A stretch of DNA of 64,000 nt from Phoronis australis (Eukaryota; Animalia; Phoronida), in contig NMRA01000406.1 in assembly GCA_002633005.1 (NCBI GenBank), positions 193,942 to 257,941 of the forward strand, given 5' to 3'. A program made the translations under genes and the position numbers. Each line of letters begins with the position of its first letter. Positions within the stretch are counted from its first letter, which is position 1. The notes under the pieces are model-generated. The model saw only the letters and a program-made list of their open reading frames with translations. It was not told the origin of the DNA and ran no database searches. Positions 27,772 through 38,767 of the stretch are shown here, piece after piece.

Positions 27772-29482
27772 CTGTAGACATTCAGTAGTGCTCCTCAGCC
27801 AGAGAATGACTTACAACACTGTGCTTTTTCAGTGAGGCACAAATAGTAGAACAAAATCAAGACTCTATGGTCACCCATCAACGTTCAAACTATTCTTACA
27901 AAGCTATTCTTACACCGCTATTTAGTGGAAGAGGGATCCATTTTATCCCAAGTATCACGAATCTATGATTAATGTAAAAAATAAATAAGCGGTGATGTGT
28001 CACAGGTGACAAAAAAAGAACCTAGGAGGAGTATACACAAAGTTTATATTTCCAAACAACACTGCCACCGCAAGTTTAGAGAACAGGTGGATGATTCAAA
28101 GCTGCAATGCAACTCTGCAGACATGTTGTGGTGTGAAATCTAGTCTAAAATACCACTTCATACCACTCAAATAACTTCCTACACATTAAATAGGCAAATT
28201 GAACACAGGTCATCAAATTGGGTAAAATGAGTCCAATTTGCAAAAATGATGTCTGGATCATAATAGATGCCCTTAATGAGCAGAAAAATATCTGACACAC
28301 AGTAATTGATGTGTTGAGTTTTTATGTTTTCACGTGACAGAATGAATGATTAAGATGTGTTATACAGTATCTCTGGAAGTATAGCTAGTGCACAAGCTAA
28401 ATGTAGACAGATTCCTGGTGGTGCCACCATAGTCGCTTTGACCACAGGCATATTAAGCAGTGGGGGATCTGCACCCCAGATTAGGGCACAAATAGTGAAC
28501 ATTTGGGCACTTACTCACTTATAGGGACTCAGATTTTGAAAACCAGTTTGATGACCATTATGCAGAGGAGAAAACTGGTTCTCAAACCGGAGACCCCTGT
28601 AAGTGAACAGTACCAAAATTCGGGCAAAATGAGAAAAACTTAAGGAAGGGCGTCATCGAATTGAAAAGCCCAGGAAGGATATTAGGGGAGTGGCAATGTT
28701 AATAAAATAAAGAAATATATTACTCATATGGGAGGATTGGAAGGTGGAATCCAATGGCGGGAGGGGCGGGGTATGTAATCATTATGATGGTGACCTAGAG
28801 AATACTATGGTGCATATAATTATATTACGATCAAAGTCTAGATTCTCCCACTTGCATTAGTAGACATATTCCTCTGAGCAGAACGTTTGATTAAAGATTG
28901 AAGTTACACTTGCTTCCTTTCTACAGTAAAATGCCTTAAATGACTTTAAATAAAATTAATTAAAATCCATTTGAGGATCAAATCGATTTAGGAAGCGTGT
29001 GTTAATGCAAGTGGTGTAGCTTGAATCGATTCAATATGAACCAATTAATTCTAAAACTGATTAGTACCTTGTCAAGTGTGCTTCGACCAAAATGAGTGAA
29101 GTAACATATACTTGGGCACATGACATCTAGGTTCATGTCTGTACCTTTAGTTAAGTATTTCACACACCATTTGATTTCACCACGCACTTTTGTCTCCTAG
29201 ATCTCATTATCATAGATCAGCAAATGAGATGAAATCCAATCAAATCACCCGACATTTACAAACAAACTTTTTGACCGGAGGGTGATAAGTGCGTATGCGC
29301 CATATTTGTCCACCACAAAGACTCAAACTAAGGTCAAAAACAGCGGGACAAATTGCAGCCAAAACATCTCCTACAATGTGATTGTAATGATTTGCTCCTT
29401 TATTTTAAGAATGCATTGGCTGATATTTCTGGCATATCATGTCCAGCATTGTGGCTATAATGATTTGTTCCTATTTTTCAGA

Positions 29483-32400
29483 ATGCCGTTGGCGGTGATC
29501 TTTCTGCTCTCACTGGTCTACCCATCTACTTCCTTTACCTGCCCAACAGATGGCGTTGTGTCCAAAGAATACCTCGAGAACATTCCAAAAAATAAAAAAC
29601 TGTCTTTAAACAAATGTTTTCCACCGATAACAAGCATAACAGATGACGCCTTCGCTGATTTTACTCAAGTAGAAACAATAGATGTCGCGGAAAATCTAAT
29701 AACAACAATTACAGACAGGACATTTGCACATTTAGTCAACTTGAAAATTTTACATTTGACATCGAACAAGTTGAGCGAAATAAAGAATACACCATTTAAA
29801 GAACTATATAAACTTGAGGATCTGTTCTTAAACAGGAACGAGATTAAGACAATTGAGAAAAATGCATTCAATGGTTTGGAAAACCTTGAACAATTGCTTC
29901 TGGACAACAACAGAATTACACAACTTCCGGATTATGTATTTGCTCAATTGGAATATGTGTGGAATCTTCATTTGGGGGATAATGCCCTGATTCGTGTTGG
30001 TCGCAACATGCTGTCTGGTTTGGATTCTATGTTCACATGCCACTTGGAGAATAACCAAATTGTTGAGATCGAGGAGGGTGCATTTACCGACAACGAAGTA
30101 CTGGATTCATTGTACCTCAGCAATAACAAATTGACCACAGTGCGCACTGGAACATTCCACGGACTGCAAGGGGGTCTCACCTCATTGTCACTCCAAGGCA
30201 ATTTAATCAGCACAATCGAGAAAAATGCATTTGCTGGTCTGGAGATGTTGGAAGAGCTGTTATTAAGTAACAACAAGATTGAGCGGCTGCCAGATGATGC
30301 CTTCTGGGGTACAGAAGGTGAAACGATCCAGTCCAAGCTGGAAAGATTACAATTAGAGGAAAACGGACTTACAGACATCTCCAGACATGCATTCAGAGGA
30401 CTGCAAATGCTTGAAGAGTTAGACTTAAACAACAATGCACTGAGGACTCTGGAAGATGGCATCTTCAGTGATCTGCGAAAATTGAAAGAGCTGAATTTGT
30501 TTGACAACAAGATATCTAGAATTTCGCAGCGGGCTTTTCAAGGTTTGGATAGCCTTTCACGTCTCCGACTACACGCCAATCGAATTGAAATGCTGCAGAA
30601 AGATGTGTTCAACGGTATGGGACAACTGAGAATCCTAATCCTCTACAACAATAAAATTAGAAAGATAGAGGTGGGTGCATTTGAAGGCTTGAACAAATTA
30701 CAGCAAATATCTGTTCAAGATAATCAACTTGAGGCCCTTGACACTGGCGTATTTGAGATTTTACAAGACGTTGTGTACATATACCTGCAAAATAACAACA
30801 TCAGAACAATTCAACCAGGTGCTTTTCGCGGACTCTCTAAGCTGACTTCATTAAACTTATACAACAATTCAATAACTGAACTGAAAAATGGTGCATTTCG
30901 TGGATTGGATAAATGTCGTTACATTTTCCTGTACGATAATGAAATTGAGTCAGTTGAAGATGAGGCATTTTATCCACTCACTAGGGCTACTCTTATTCGT
31001 CTGGACAATAACCGAATACGTCAACTAGGTGACAGAGTGTTTAGCAAGCAAACAAGCTGTGACGTGAGCCTTAACAACAACTTGATACAAACACTGCAAC
31101 AATCTACGGCAAGTCAATGGCCTGGCATTAACAAAATTCATCTCAGGGGGAATCCCTTGCACTGCAACTGCAAACTTTCGTGGTTGAAAGAAGAGTACAA
31201 TGAATACACAACTGGTACAAGACAACAACGTTACACATTTGCTACCTGCAAGACACCATTTCAAGGAGCTATAGGTAAAGTTGATAGCGACAGATTTACA
31301 TGTAAGGCACCAACCAGGCCAGTTATCAGTGTGGATTATGAAAATAACACAATTCCCGTCAGGCTTACTTGTACATCTCAGGCAGACCCAGCTGCAACGC
31401 TGACCATTCAACAAGGATCTGAGCAAGTGATTATAAAGCAAGCCAATTTTAATCTATCAGTGACAGAGAACACTGTTGATTACATGTTACCACAAGACTG
31501 GACTGGCATGTACACATGTAGGGCAGCTAATGATGTGGGGGTGACACAGGCAGAGACTGTCATAGTGTTTCCCACAACAACTGCCCCACCAACAACAACT
31601 ACAACAGAAACACCAACTACAACAACAACAACAACAACAACCACAACGATGCCTAAAACTACAACAACAGTGCCAACAACCACAACAATGCCAACAACTA
31701 CAACAACTGTACCAACAACAACAACGACAACACCTACAACTACAACAACAGTACCAACAACTACAACAACAATGCCAACAACCACAACAATGCCAACAAC
31801 CACAACAATGCCAACAACAACAGTGGCAACAACTACAACAACAATACCAACCACAACAACAAAGCCAACAACACAAAGCACAACATTGCCAACAACACCA
31901 GAGCCAACAACACCAAAGCCAACCACACCAGAACCACCTACCACAACAATAAAACCAACACCAAAGACTAAAGCACCACCTACAAGGAAACGTAGCACTA
32001 CTTCTACACCTAAAGCTCCAAGCACGAAGATAAGTAAACCCAAGCCTAAACCAGAAGCCACGTCTGCAAGTGAGCACCTAATCACAACAGAAGCCAGCTA
32101 CTCAGTCCTCACAGATAGGCCTATTTCAACGCAACCTACTGGACACTCATCAACGCCGTTCATGGAGAAATATGGATTGTACATTGGCATAGGAAGTGGT
32201 GGGTTGTTAGTCATTATTGTTCTGGTAGTGTTTGTGACAATCCTTGTTAAAAAACGGAAATGTCAATGTTGCAGAAAAGATAAATACGCTGTACCTACAA
32301 TATCGGTGATTGCAAAAACAGAAGTGAAAATATCAGCGACTCAGTACTATGACGAAGTGCCTACGGTGGAGAGAAACTCATCTGATGGCAACAAGTTCTC

Positions 32401-32752
32401 CATCAAGGTGCCCTACATAAAAAATGCCATGAAATCGGACAGGAAGAAAAAGTCGTGCAGCATGAAATACGACAGTAATTTAGACTTGAATAAGCTGAAT
32501 AACATGTTGTCAACAGACAGTAATGACAACAGTCCTGAGGAGCAGAACCCTATGTTACCTCCAGAACAACACACCTTAGAGAAACGCTACAATTTACCAA
32601 CTAATATTTATGATGAAAACCAAGACACTTCAGAAAAGAGGTACAGTCTTCCACCAACAGGATACGATCAAACACAAGTGAACTTCTCCACATTTAGGAG
32701 ACCCACAGGTATGCGGAAACCAATCAATAATGAACAGTTGGACTATGTGTGA
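29483..32752 (+). CDS. Nested LRR-Ig-mucin-stalk type I transmembrane receptor (LIG-type), ~1089 aa, single coding exon
   Basis: In ORF 29282..32752. Likely start MPLAVIFLLSLVYPSTS (signal peptide) just after acceptor ctatttttcAG (29,481). About 21 24-aa LxxLxLxxNxIxxI repeats; LRRCT NPLHCNCKLSWL; Ig strands VRLTC...GMYTCRAAN; Thr/Pro stalk; TM YIGIGSGGLLVIIVLVVFVTILV then KKRKCQCC; cytoplasmic tail ending LDYV*. Confidence 0.93.
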   Translation: MPLAVIFLLSLVYPSTSFTCPTDGVVSKEYLENIPKNKKLSLNKCFPPITSITDDAFADFTQVETIDVAENLITTITDRTFAHLVNLKILHLTSNKLSEIKNTPFKELYKLEDLFLNRNEIKTIEKNAFNGLENLEQLLLDNNRITQLPDYVFAQLEYVWNLHLGDNALIRVGRNMLSGLDSMFTCHLENNQIVEIEEGAFTDNEVLDSLYLSNNKLTTVRTGTFHGLQGGLTSLSLQGNLISTIEKNAFAGLEMLEELLLSNNKIERLPDDAFWGTEGETIQSKLERLQLEENGLTDISRHAFRGLQMLEELDLNNNALRTLEDGIFSDLRKLKELNLFDNKISRISQRAFQGLDSLSRLRLHANRIEMLQKDVFNGMGQLRILILYNNKIRKIEVGAFEGLNKLQQISVQDNQLEALDTGVFEILQDVVYIYLQNNNIRTIQPGAFRGLSKLTSLNLYNNSITELKNGAFRGLDKCRYIFLYDNEIESVEDEAFYPLTRATLIRLDNNRIRQLGDRVFSKQTSCDVSLNNNLIQTLQQSTASQWPGINKIHLRGNPLHCNCKLSWLKEEYNEYTTGTRQQRYTFATCKTPFQGAIGKVDSDRFTCKAPTRPVISVDYENNTIPVRLTCTSQADPAATLTIQQGSEQVIIKQANFNLSVTENTVDYMLPQDWTGMYTCRAANDVGVTQAETVIVFPTTTAPPTTTTTETPTTTTTTTTTTTMPKTTTTVPTTTTMPTTTTTVPTTTTTTPTTTTTVPTTTTTMPTTTTMPTTTTMPTTTVATTTTTIPTTTTKPTTQSTTLPTTPEPTTPKPTTPEPPTTTIKPTPKTKAPPTRKRSTTSTPKAPSTKISKPKPKPEATSASEHLITTEASYSVLTDRPISTQPTGHSSTPFMEKYGLYIGIGSGGLLVIIVLVVFVTILVKKRKCQCCRKDKYAVPTISVIAKTEVKISATQYYDEVPTVERNSSDGNKFSIKVPYIKNAMKSDRKKKSCSMKYDSNLDLNKLNNMLSTDSNDNSPEEQNPMLPPEQHTLEKRYNLPTNIYDENQDTSEKRYSLPPTGYDQTQVNFSTFRRPTGMRKPINNEQLDYV
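31570..31975 (+). repeat. Coding ACA/CCA-rich imperfect repeat encoding the Thr/Pro mucin stalk
   Basis: Repeated acaacaac/ccaacaac units giving (M/V)PTTTT(T) and PTTP(E/K) peptides. Confidence 0.9.
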
Positions 32753-34781
32753 CCTAACCAGTGACTAAAAGACCGCAGCCAAGTGGAAAAGTGAAAAACA
32801 AAGTAACAGTTTATTCAAGACTGTAAGAGCAAATTGGGAGTAATTCCACTGAAGTCATTTTCACATTTTTTGTGTCTTACCACTGAGAAATGCTAAGTGC
32901 TTCAAGTGGATAATTTACAATCGACAACACTTTGTCCATTAGCTAAAATCAGAGTTAGTATCATTGCATGAGTTGCGTCACAAGAAAATTCATCATTCCA
33001 ACGTATATTTGATGTACTTCATTTTTATTTAATATTTTGATATTTCTTCCGAGTTTAACTCGGCGAATGCATTTTATTGGCCATTACCGAGTATTTATTT
33101 AATGACCCCAGTCAAACTGGGACATTTAGGACAACGATGATTATTTAGTTTAATTTGTTGTCTCAAGTAGGTGCATAAATTTAGACAGACTATGACTGAT
33201 CCACTCACTGATGTTTTCTGTTATACAGAATTTGATGTTTGCAAAAGACTTCAAAACTAGAATGTCCAACTTTGGTGCTGGTTGTGGTGACCAGCCCTGA
33301 CAGTAACACTCATGTTGTAGTAAATATAAAGTATGAGCAATTCACGTAGGACTCCATGGTTGTCACTTAGTTACAGTAAAAATTCTCCACTTCGGAACAG
33401 TGATAAATTAATTATTTTGCTCAAAGTCGGAGTTTGTTCCAAATTCTAAAAATAGGCAATACTGCCAATCACAAATTCAAGAGTCACTGGAAAAATGACA
33501 AAATTACCCACTCAAAGTAGATTGAAAACGTGCCCAAACTTTGAGAATTATGTTGAACACCAAAATCACCCTCGTCTCAAACTACGAATGAACAAAATTT
33601 GTGAAAGTAACGTGTCCTAAATTCTTGACTATCCAAATTTTTTACCATATACTAAGACTCACTAGTGAGTAGTGACAAATCAACCATGTACCATGGAAGC
33701 TCAGGATTACATCTTATTCTATAAAGAATGGAAAAAGAAACATTGCTGTTCTTTCATGGCCACATTTGACATTGTTGGGAACTTCTACGAGCACCTTACT
33801 TGGGCAGGTACAGAGGATGAAATTATTGGTCTCAGGGAAAGATTTTATCAACAACGCCTCAGTTAATCATTAGCTAACAGTCAACCCCTTTTGTTACAGT
33901 AAAGTAAGCGTGATTAATTAATAAGGCTGCATATTGTAACCTACGAAATACAATTTAATTATGTTATAACTTAATTATGTAACTGTGATGGATGGATGAT
34001 TTTTTGATAATGTGCTACTTTTCGTATGTTGTAAATTATTTTTACGGAGCTTGTACAGATTTGTCAAATGACGAAGAAGTAGTAACAACCAATAAAATGA
34101 AAAATTTTGCATTAAAAAGTGTCAACTTTCCTACTGTGCATGACGTGAAACTATTCCAACAATTTTTGCAATGACCTTGAAAATAAGAACGATGTTGCAA
34201 AATTCGATTGGCGCCTGGAGATTCCCCATCCACAACCCAGTGAACTTAACGTAAAGGGTCTTTTGAGATACCACAGCAACAACATTTTCCAAGTAGAACC
34301 ATTAGAAACTCGGTTCGTTTCACAGCACCTAGTACTTAGACAATGGATTCTAGTGTACCAGAACCACTGACATCATCAATTCTAGTTTTCACAAGCGCTG
34401 ACCTAAACGCATTTTTGGGAACCATGGTAATTACCGCATTAACCATGACTTTCTAGAAAAAAAACAGGCTGAAATAAACTGCAATATTGGACGTTGTTTG
34501 GCTTCTAAAAGTTGGTCGAGGACGACTTTTCTCCAAAGAAACGGGATTAAAATTAAGCCAAAATGACAAACAACTGGAATCCGTTGGTTGACCAATACTT
34601 CTATCACCTTAATGGATTCATTGTAGTACATAAATTGGCAGGCAAGTTGTGATGTGGGACAAAAGACTGCGCAAACTCTTGTACACTGTATAGACTTTAG
34701 GTGGTTTCCCACTGATTAAACTGAAATAAAGAATCAGCCTAACAGACCTTACGATAATTAAGATAAGCTACGATAGTAAAT

Positions 34782-35103
34782 AGGGGTGTCTTGGATTACA
34801 CGTTCCGGAGAAAAAAAGAGCGTGACCTCGCTTTGGAAATCAGGCAATTTTCGTGTATGTCGTTGATGTTGGGACGGCAAAAAATTTCACATCACGCATC
34901 CACAGGTATTTGGCCAGTTTATCAAACTTTTTCACGTCGGAGTTGCAGCCCACAGCACAGCAGTAATACTTCGTTGGCATTGAGACGATTAGCGTAATGC
35001 AAACGAGAAAAACTTGAAAAGAAGCAGATAACAATGAATGTTTACAACATTGTGGGTATATACAGTGATATTCGAGTGTCGCTGGGTAATCTGAAACGGC
35101 CCT
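34782..35103 (-). mobile_element. 322-bp non-autonomous TIR element with a THAP-domain N-terminal fragment (ISL2EU-like)
   Basis: AT|AGGGGTGTCTTGGATTAC...GTAATCTGAAACGGCCCT|AT (imperfect TIRs, AT TSD). ATG at 34,980 gives MPTKYYCCAVGCNS...VKFFAVP, a THAP-like start. Confidence 0.65.
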
Positions 35104-35934
35104 ATTGCCAGTGATCCCAATGGACCGGATTAACAGCCACCACAGTAAATATCTATGGTTAAACGGATTAAGACCACAAACAGGGCATGTATCGGACCAT
35201 GTGGAATGAGTCGCAGATAAAGGTGACAGAAAACGGGCCAAACGAGATGCTTGTTCAAGTTGCATTGTCCTTACGATTCAGGGGTTCTGCTGGATTTTTG
35301 AAACGCCGGCACGTATTGATTAAATCCCGGTCCCAAAGAAAATCGTCTGTCATTTTAATCTAAGTTGAATTTCTCAGATAAACATTGAGCTAACAACAAA
35401 AGACCTATGACTCCTGGTACATACTAAGTTCATAGGAGTAACAGTCGTCGCCAGTGGCAGTGGTGGCCGGGGACAGTATTTTGTAGGCATCTTCCTCAGT
35501 GCACTAACAATGACAACGTTGTTGAAATGTACACCAACAATATCTAAATGTACAACCTCTCATTACTACGCAACAAATTTATTTTTCAAAACTGAAACAT
35601 TTTTCTCACAGTTTCAAGAGCCAAATCCTTGGCTTGCAAACTATGTCAAAAGGTCACCAAAACTGATTGCACATGAAGTCGATCCTCAGTAAAAATATGA
35701 ACAAATCCCAAAGTTACCTTTATGAGATATCACTTCAACAACATTCTGCAACACATCAACGTATGAACAATTGACAGACCATCACGAATACTAATGCTAC
35801 GGCTAATTAACATACTGATAGCAGCTTTCCCTATTCCACACAACAGCACAATAGTATTTTGATGGCAAACCTGCACAATTTTTTGGTTTCTGGAAAATAG
35901 AAGACAGGTGTTTTACCTGGCCCAAGATACGCAC

Positions 35935-35997
35935 CTTATTCAATAGCACCTTGTTAGCAGCGTTCAGTTTACTCTTATCTTCCACCCAACTGGTATC
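35935..35997 (-). CDS. JAKMIP: JAKMIP-like exon: DTSWVEDKSKLNAANKVLLNK
   Basis: tttacAG acceptor, AAG|GTgcgt donor; 63 nt. Same length as and similar to JAKMIP1 DSKWVEEKQLLIRTNQDLLEK. An alternative in-frame donor CAG|GTaaaa would end the exon at 35,917. Confidence 0.85.
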
Positions 35998-37460
35998 CTG
36001 TAAAAACAGCAACTAAATGACATCCAACTGTTTCCAAAAAGGATCAATTGAATTGTTAACGGCAAAGAAAATAGAAAACATTTTTGCAAGCCATTGTGCT
36101 CATTACTAATGTGCTTAAACTCAATATTTAACTTCCATGGTCAGATCCAGTCTTGGTAACTGTTGGACAGAATGGGTTGTCATGGGAACACAGACATGCT
36201 TTTATCATATCTCTTTCCTGTGGTAGGAGTGACTACAGTTTCAGAGGCAAATCAAAACAATGACCAATTCATAAAACAAAGCTGGAAAACTAACATACAC
36301 AAGTCATGAACTAAAGTGTTGAAGCATAAACAACTCTACGTTAATTCTAATGTCAAGAAGCAGCCAAATTCAATTCTTAGGAAATCAATATCTTTAAAAT
36401 CCCCACCTGGTTTTGTAGCTGGGATTGGATGGATATGGTGACAACATTATAGTTAATGGCTTGGGTGGCCACAATGCCCACTAAACCATAGCGCATATTC
36501 CACCCATAACCTTCAAAATTACTATAACATGTAAAATTGCCAATGGCTAAGCTTTAAATTAGATTATTCCTGACCACATCCACAGACCCCTGCAATGGAA
36601 GCAGACGATCCTCACTTTGACAATATTCCGCACCCTTAGACTACAAAACATTACAACAATATTGACAAATATTTTGCAGAAGTAGCTTCCATTTGTACCA
36701 AACAAAATTCCACAATAAGCCTATTCCATAGCAAGCAACAACAGCAGAACACACAAATGCAAACTACTATCCATGCATAAGTGACTTGACATATAGATGC
36801 CTAAAGTTCAATAAAAATACCAAAACAAACCAGCAAATTCTACACTATCACTGAATGATAACGACATCCCAATGATATGTTAGTTAAGGCTGTGAGTTAA
36901 TAAAGACCAAAAACCATGGGGTGTTGTCCTTAACAGCAGGTGTTGCCCTCAGCAGCGAGCACTTTGTGTCAACAAGGAAAGTAAAGAATCAACTGCAACT
37001 CACAGAACAATAATTCTTTGGTGGCATATTGGACAACATATAGTCATTGTGAAAACAAGACATATGCATTACAGCAACATCTGTACCACAATGACACAAG
37101 ATGACTGGCCTCCTAAGGGCTAAATACTGAGGAGCACAGTTCTACCTTTTGGGATGTGGCTACAGGGCAAGGTAAGGCTATAGGCACTTGAGATGCTGTT
37201 ATTGTGTAATGTTTCCTGCAAGATCTAGAGAACACAGCTTTGTACAATAAACTTGTCAGTTCATTCTCTCAATGTTATTCACTAGTTTCAATGAGTCAAC
37301 AACCTCAAATCAACATGCACATTTACCACAAGTTTGACTTGAGTTCCAATACTCCTCAAAATAGTTTTGGACTGCAACAAATGTGGAACAATATATTACG
37401 AAAATCAAAAATGGGATAACGTAAAAGTGAAGATATAAAAATTACTCAAATGCTAAAACT

Positions 37461-37872
37461 TCACTGTGCACCCTCTATACATGAGTAACCCACAAGAGCC
37501 CCTCACAGTAGATCTCCCATACAAAAGTACCCCCCGGACTCCCTCACTGTACACCCTCTAGACATGAGTTAACCCCACAGGTTTACCTCACAAAAGACCT
37601 TCCATACATAAGTACCCAGGGACTCCCTCACTGTACACCCTCTATACATAAGTACTCCATAAGAGCCCCTCACAGTAGATCTCCCATTTGTAAGTACCCC
37701 AGGACTCCCTCCCTGTACACCCGCTAGACATTAGCAACCCACAAGAACCGCAGACCTTCCCTGCATAAGTACCCAAGGGACTTCCTCACAGCACACCCTC
37801 TATACATGAGTAGCCCACAGGAGCCCCTAAGACTAGACCTCCCATGCATAAGTAACTCTCGGACTCCCTTAC
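37461..37872 (-). repeat. ~80-bp degenerate minisatellite (~5 units, ~40-bp sub-repeat) abutting the exon donor
   Basis: ggact(c/t)cct recurs at 37536, 37620, 37702, 37778 and 37861, with shared caccctctatacat and taagtaccc blocks. Confidence 0.85.
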
Positions 37873-37956
37873 CTGTCCCTTGCTCTCCAGGATAGTTTCA
37901 AGATCCTTCACTTTTGACCGAGTTGTCTCCAAATCTATCTGTAGTTGAGCCACCAT
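37873..37956 (-). CDS. JAKMIP: JAKMIP-like exon: MVAQLQIDLETTRSKVKDLETILESKGQ
   Basis: gtttcAG acceptor, CAG|GTaagg donor; 84 nt. Similar to JAKMIP1 TREQLQADLLRCQAKIEDLEKLLVEKGQ. Confidence 0.88.
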
Positions 37957-38303
37957 CTGAAACAAACAGACCATGCTGGTTATCAGGCACTTCAATTGAG
38001 CCACCATCTGAAACAAACAGACCCTGCTGGGTTATCAGGCACCTCAATTGGGCCACCATCTGAAACAAACAGACCATGCTGGTTATCAGGCACCTCAATT
38101 GAGCCACCGTCTGAAACAAACAGACCCTGCTGGTTATCAGGTACCTCAATTGAGCCACCATCTGAAACAAATAGACCCTGCTGGTTATCAGGCACCTCAA
38201 TTGAGCCACCATCTGAAAAAAACAGACCCTGCTGGTTAATCAGGCACCTCAATTGAGCCACCATCTGACAAACAGACCATGCTGGTTATCAGGCACCTCA
38301 ATT
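37945..38303 (-). repeat. 51/52-bp minisatellite (~7 units) containing the splice acceptor and first codons of exon 37,873-37,956
   Basis: cacc(a/g)tctga recurs at 37951, 38002, 38054, 38105, 38156, 38207 and 38259. Confidence 0.95.
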
Positions 38304-38641
38304 AAAGTACAGAGATGTTCTCATTTAAAGAAAGCTTAGCATGGGTACTCACTGACTTGAATACCATTTGTTATTAAAACAACAATCGCACATGAGAACA
38401 TCTTCCTAGTTTTGTCTCAGCATCAAATGCAGTCGCAGCTGATTGATAACCTTGCTGCAATTTTTTGTTTTTCAACTTTGGATTTACAAGAAGTGTACAT
38501 TGAACTAACTTTCCAAGCTCTATGAGAGTCAATAGATTATTTTGCAAAACCACGATGTCAAAGTCCAAGTTGGATTCATTCGCTTAAACCCCATTATTCA
38601 ACATCTCAAATCCTCAACTTGAAGATGGCCTCCTCACTCAC

Positions 38642-38767
38642 CTTAGTCTGTCTCTCAGGGTCCACACTGCTCCCCACATCTGACTGTAATAGTGCGTATG
38701 ACCTTTCCAGAGCTACATGTTCCTTAGCCAGTCGATGGTAGTTCACTTCAAATTCCTCTTTGGCAAA
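38642..38767 (-). CDS. JAKMIP: JAKMIP-like exon: FAKEEFEVNYHRLAKEHVALERSYALLQSDVGSSVDPERQTK
   Basis: ttcaAG acceptor (less common AAG type), AAG|GTgagt donor; 126 nt. Similar to JAKMIP1 [41 protein letters not shown]. Confidence 0.88.

Noticed and set aside
555-29281. VLR-like system with dispersed LRR cassettes around the receptor gene
   Set aside because: I found no LRR-coding fragments outside the single intact CDS; a TBLASTN of the LRR units against the intron would be decisive.
29282-29482. 67-aa N-terminal extension of the LRR ORF
   Set aside because: Starts at GTG and ends in a polypyrimidine-AG acceptor; the signal peptide begins at 29,483, so this is probably intron.
29665-31441. 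Several 76-180 aa minus-strand ORFs
   Set aside because: Antisense shadows of the LRR CDS.
31480-32085. Minus-strand Val-rich and Cys/Trp-rich ORFs resembling metallothionein or keratin-associated proteins
   Set aside because: Antisense readouts of the ACA-repeat mucin stalk; no independent start or splice signals.
37945-38303. CRISPR-like regular repeat array or repeat protein
   Set aside because: Units are contiguous with no unique spacers, there are no cas genes and the context is eukaryotic; the ORFs are translations of the minisatellite.
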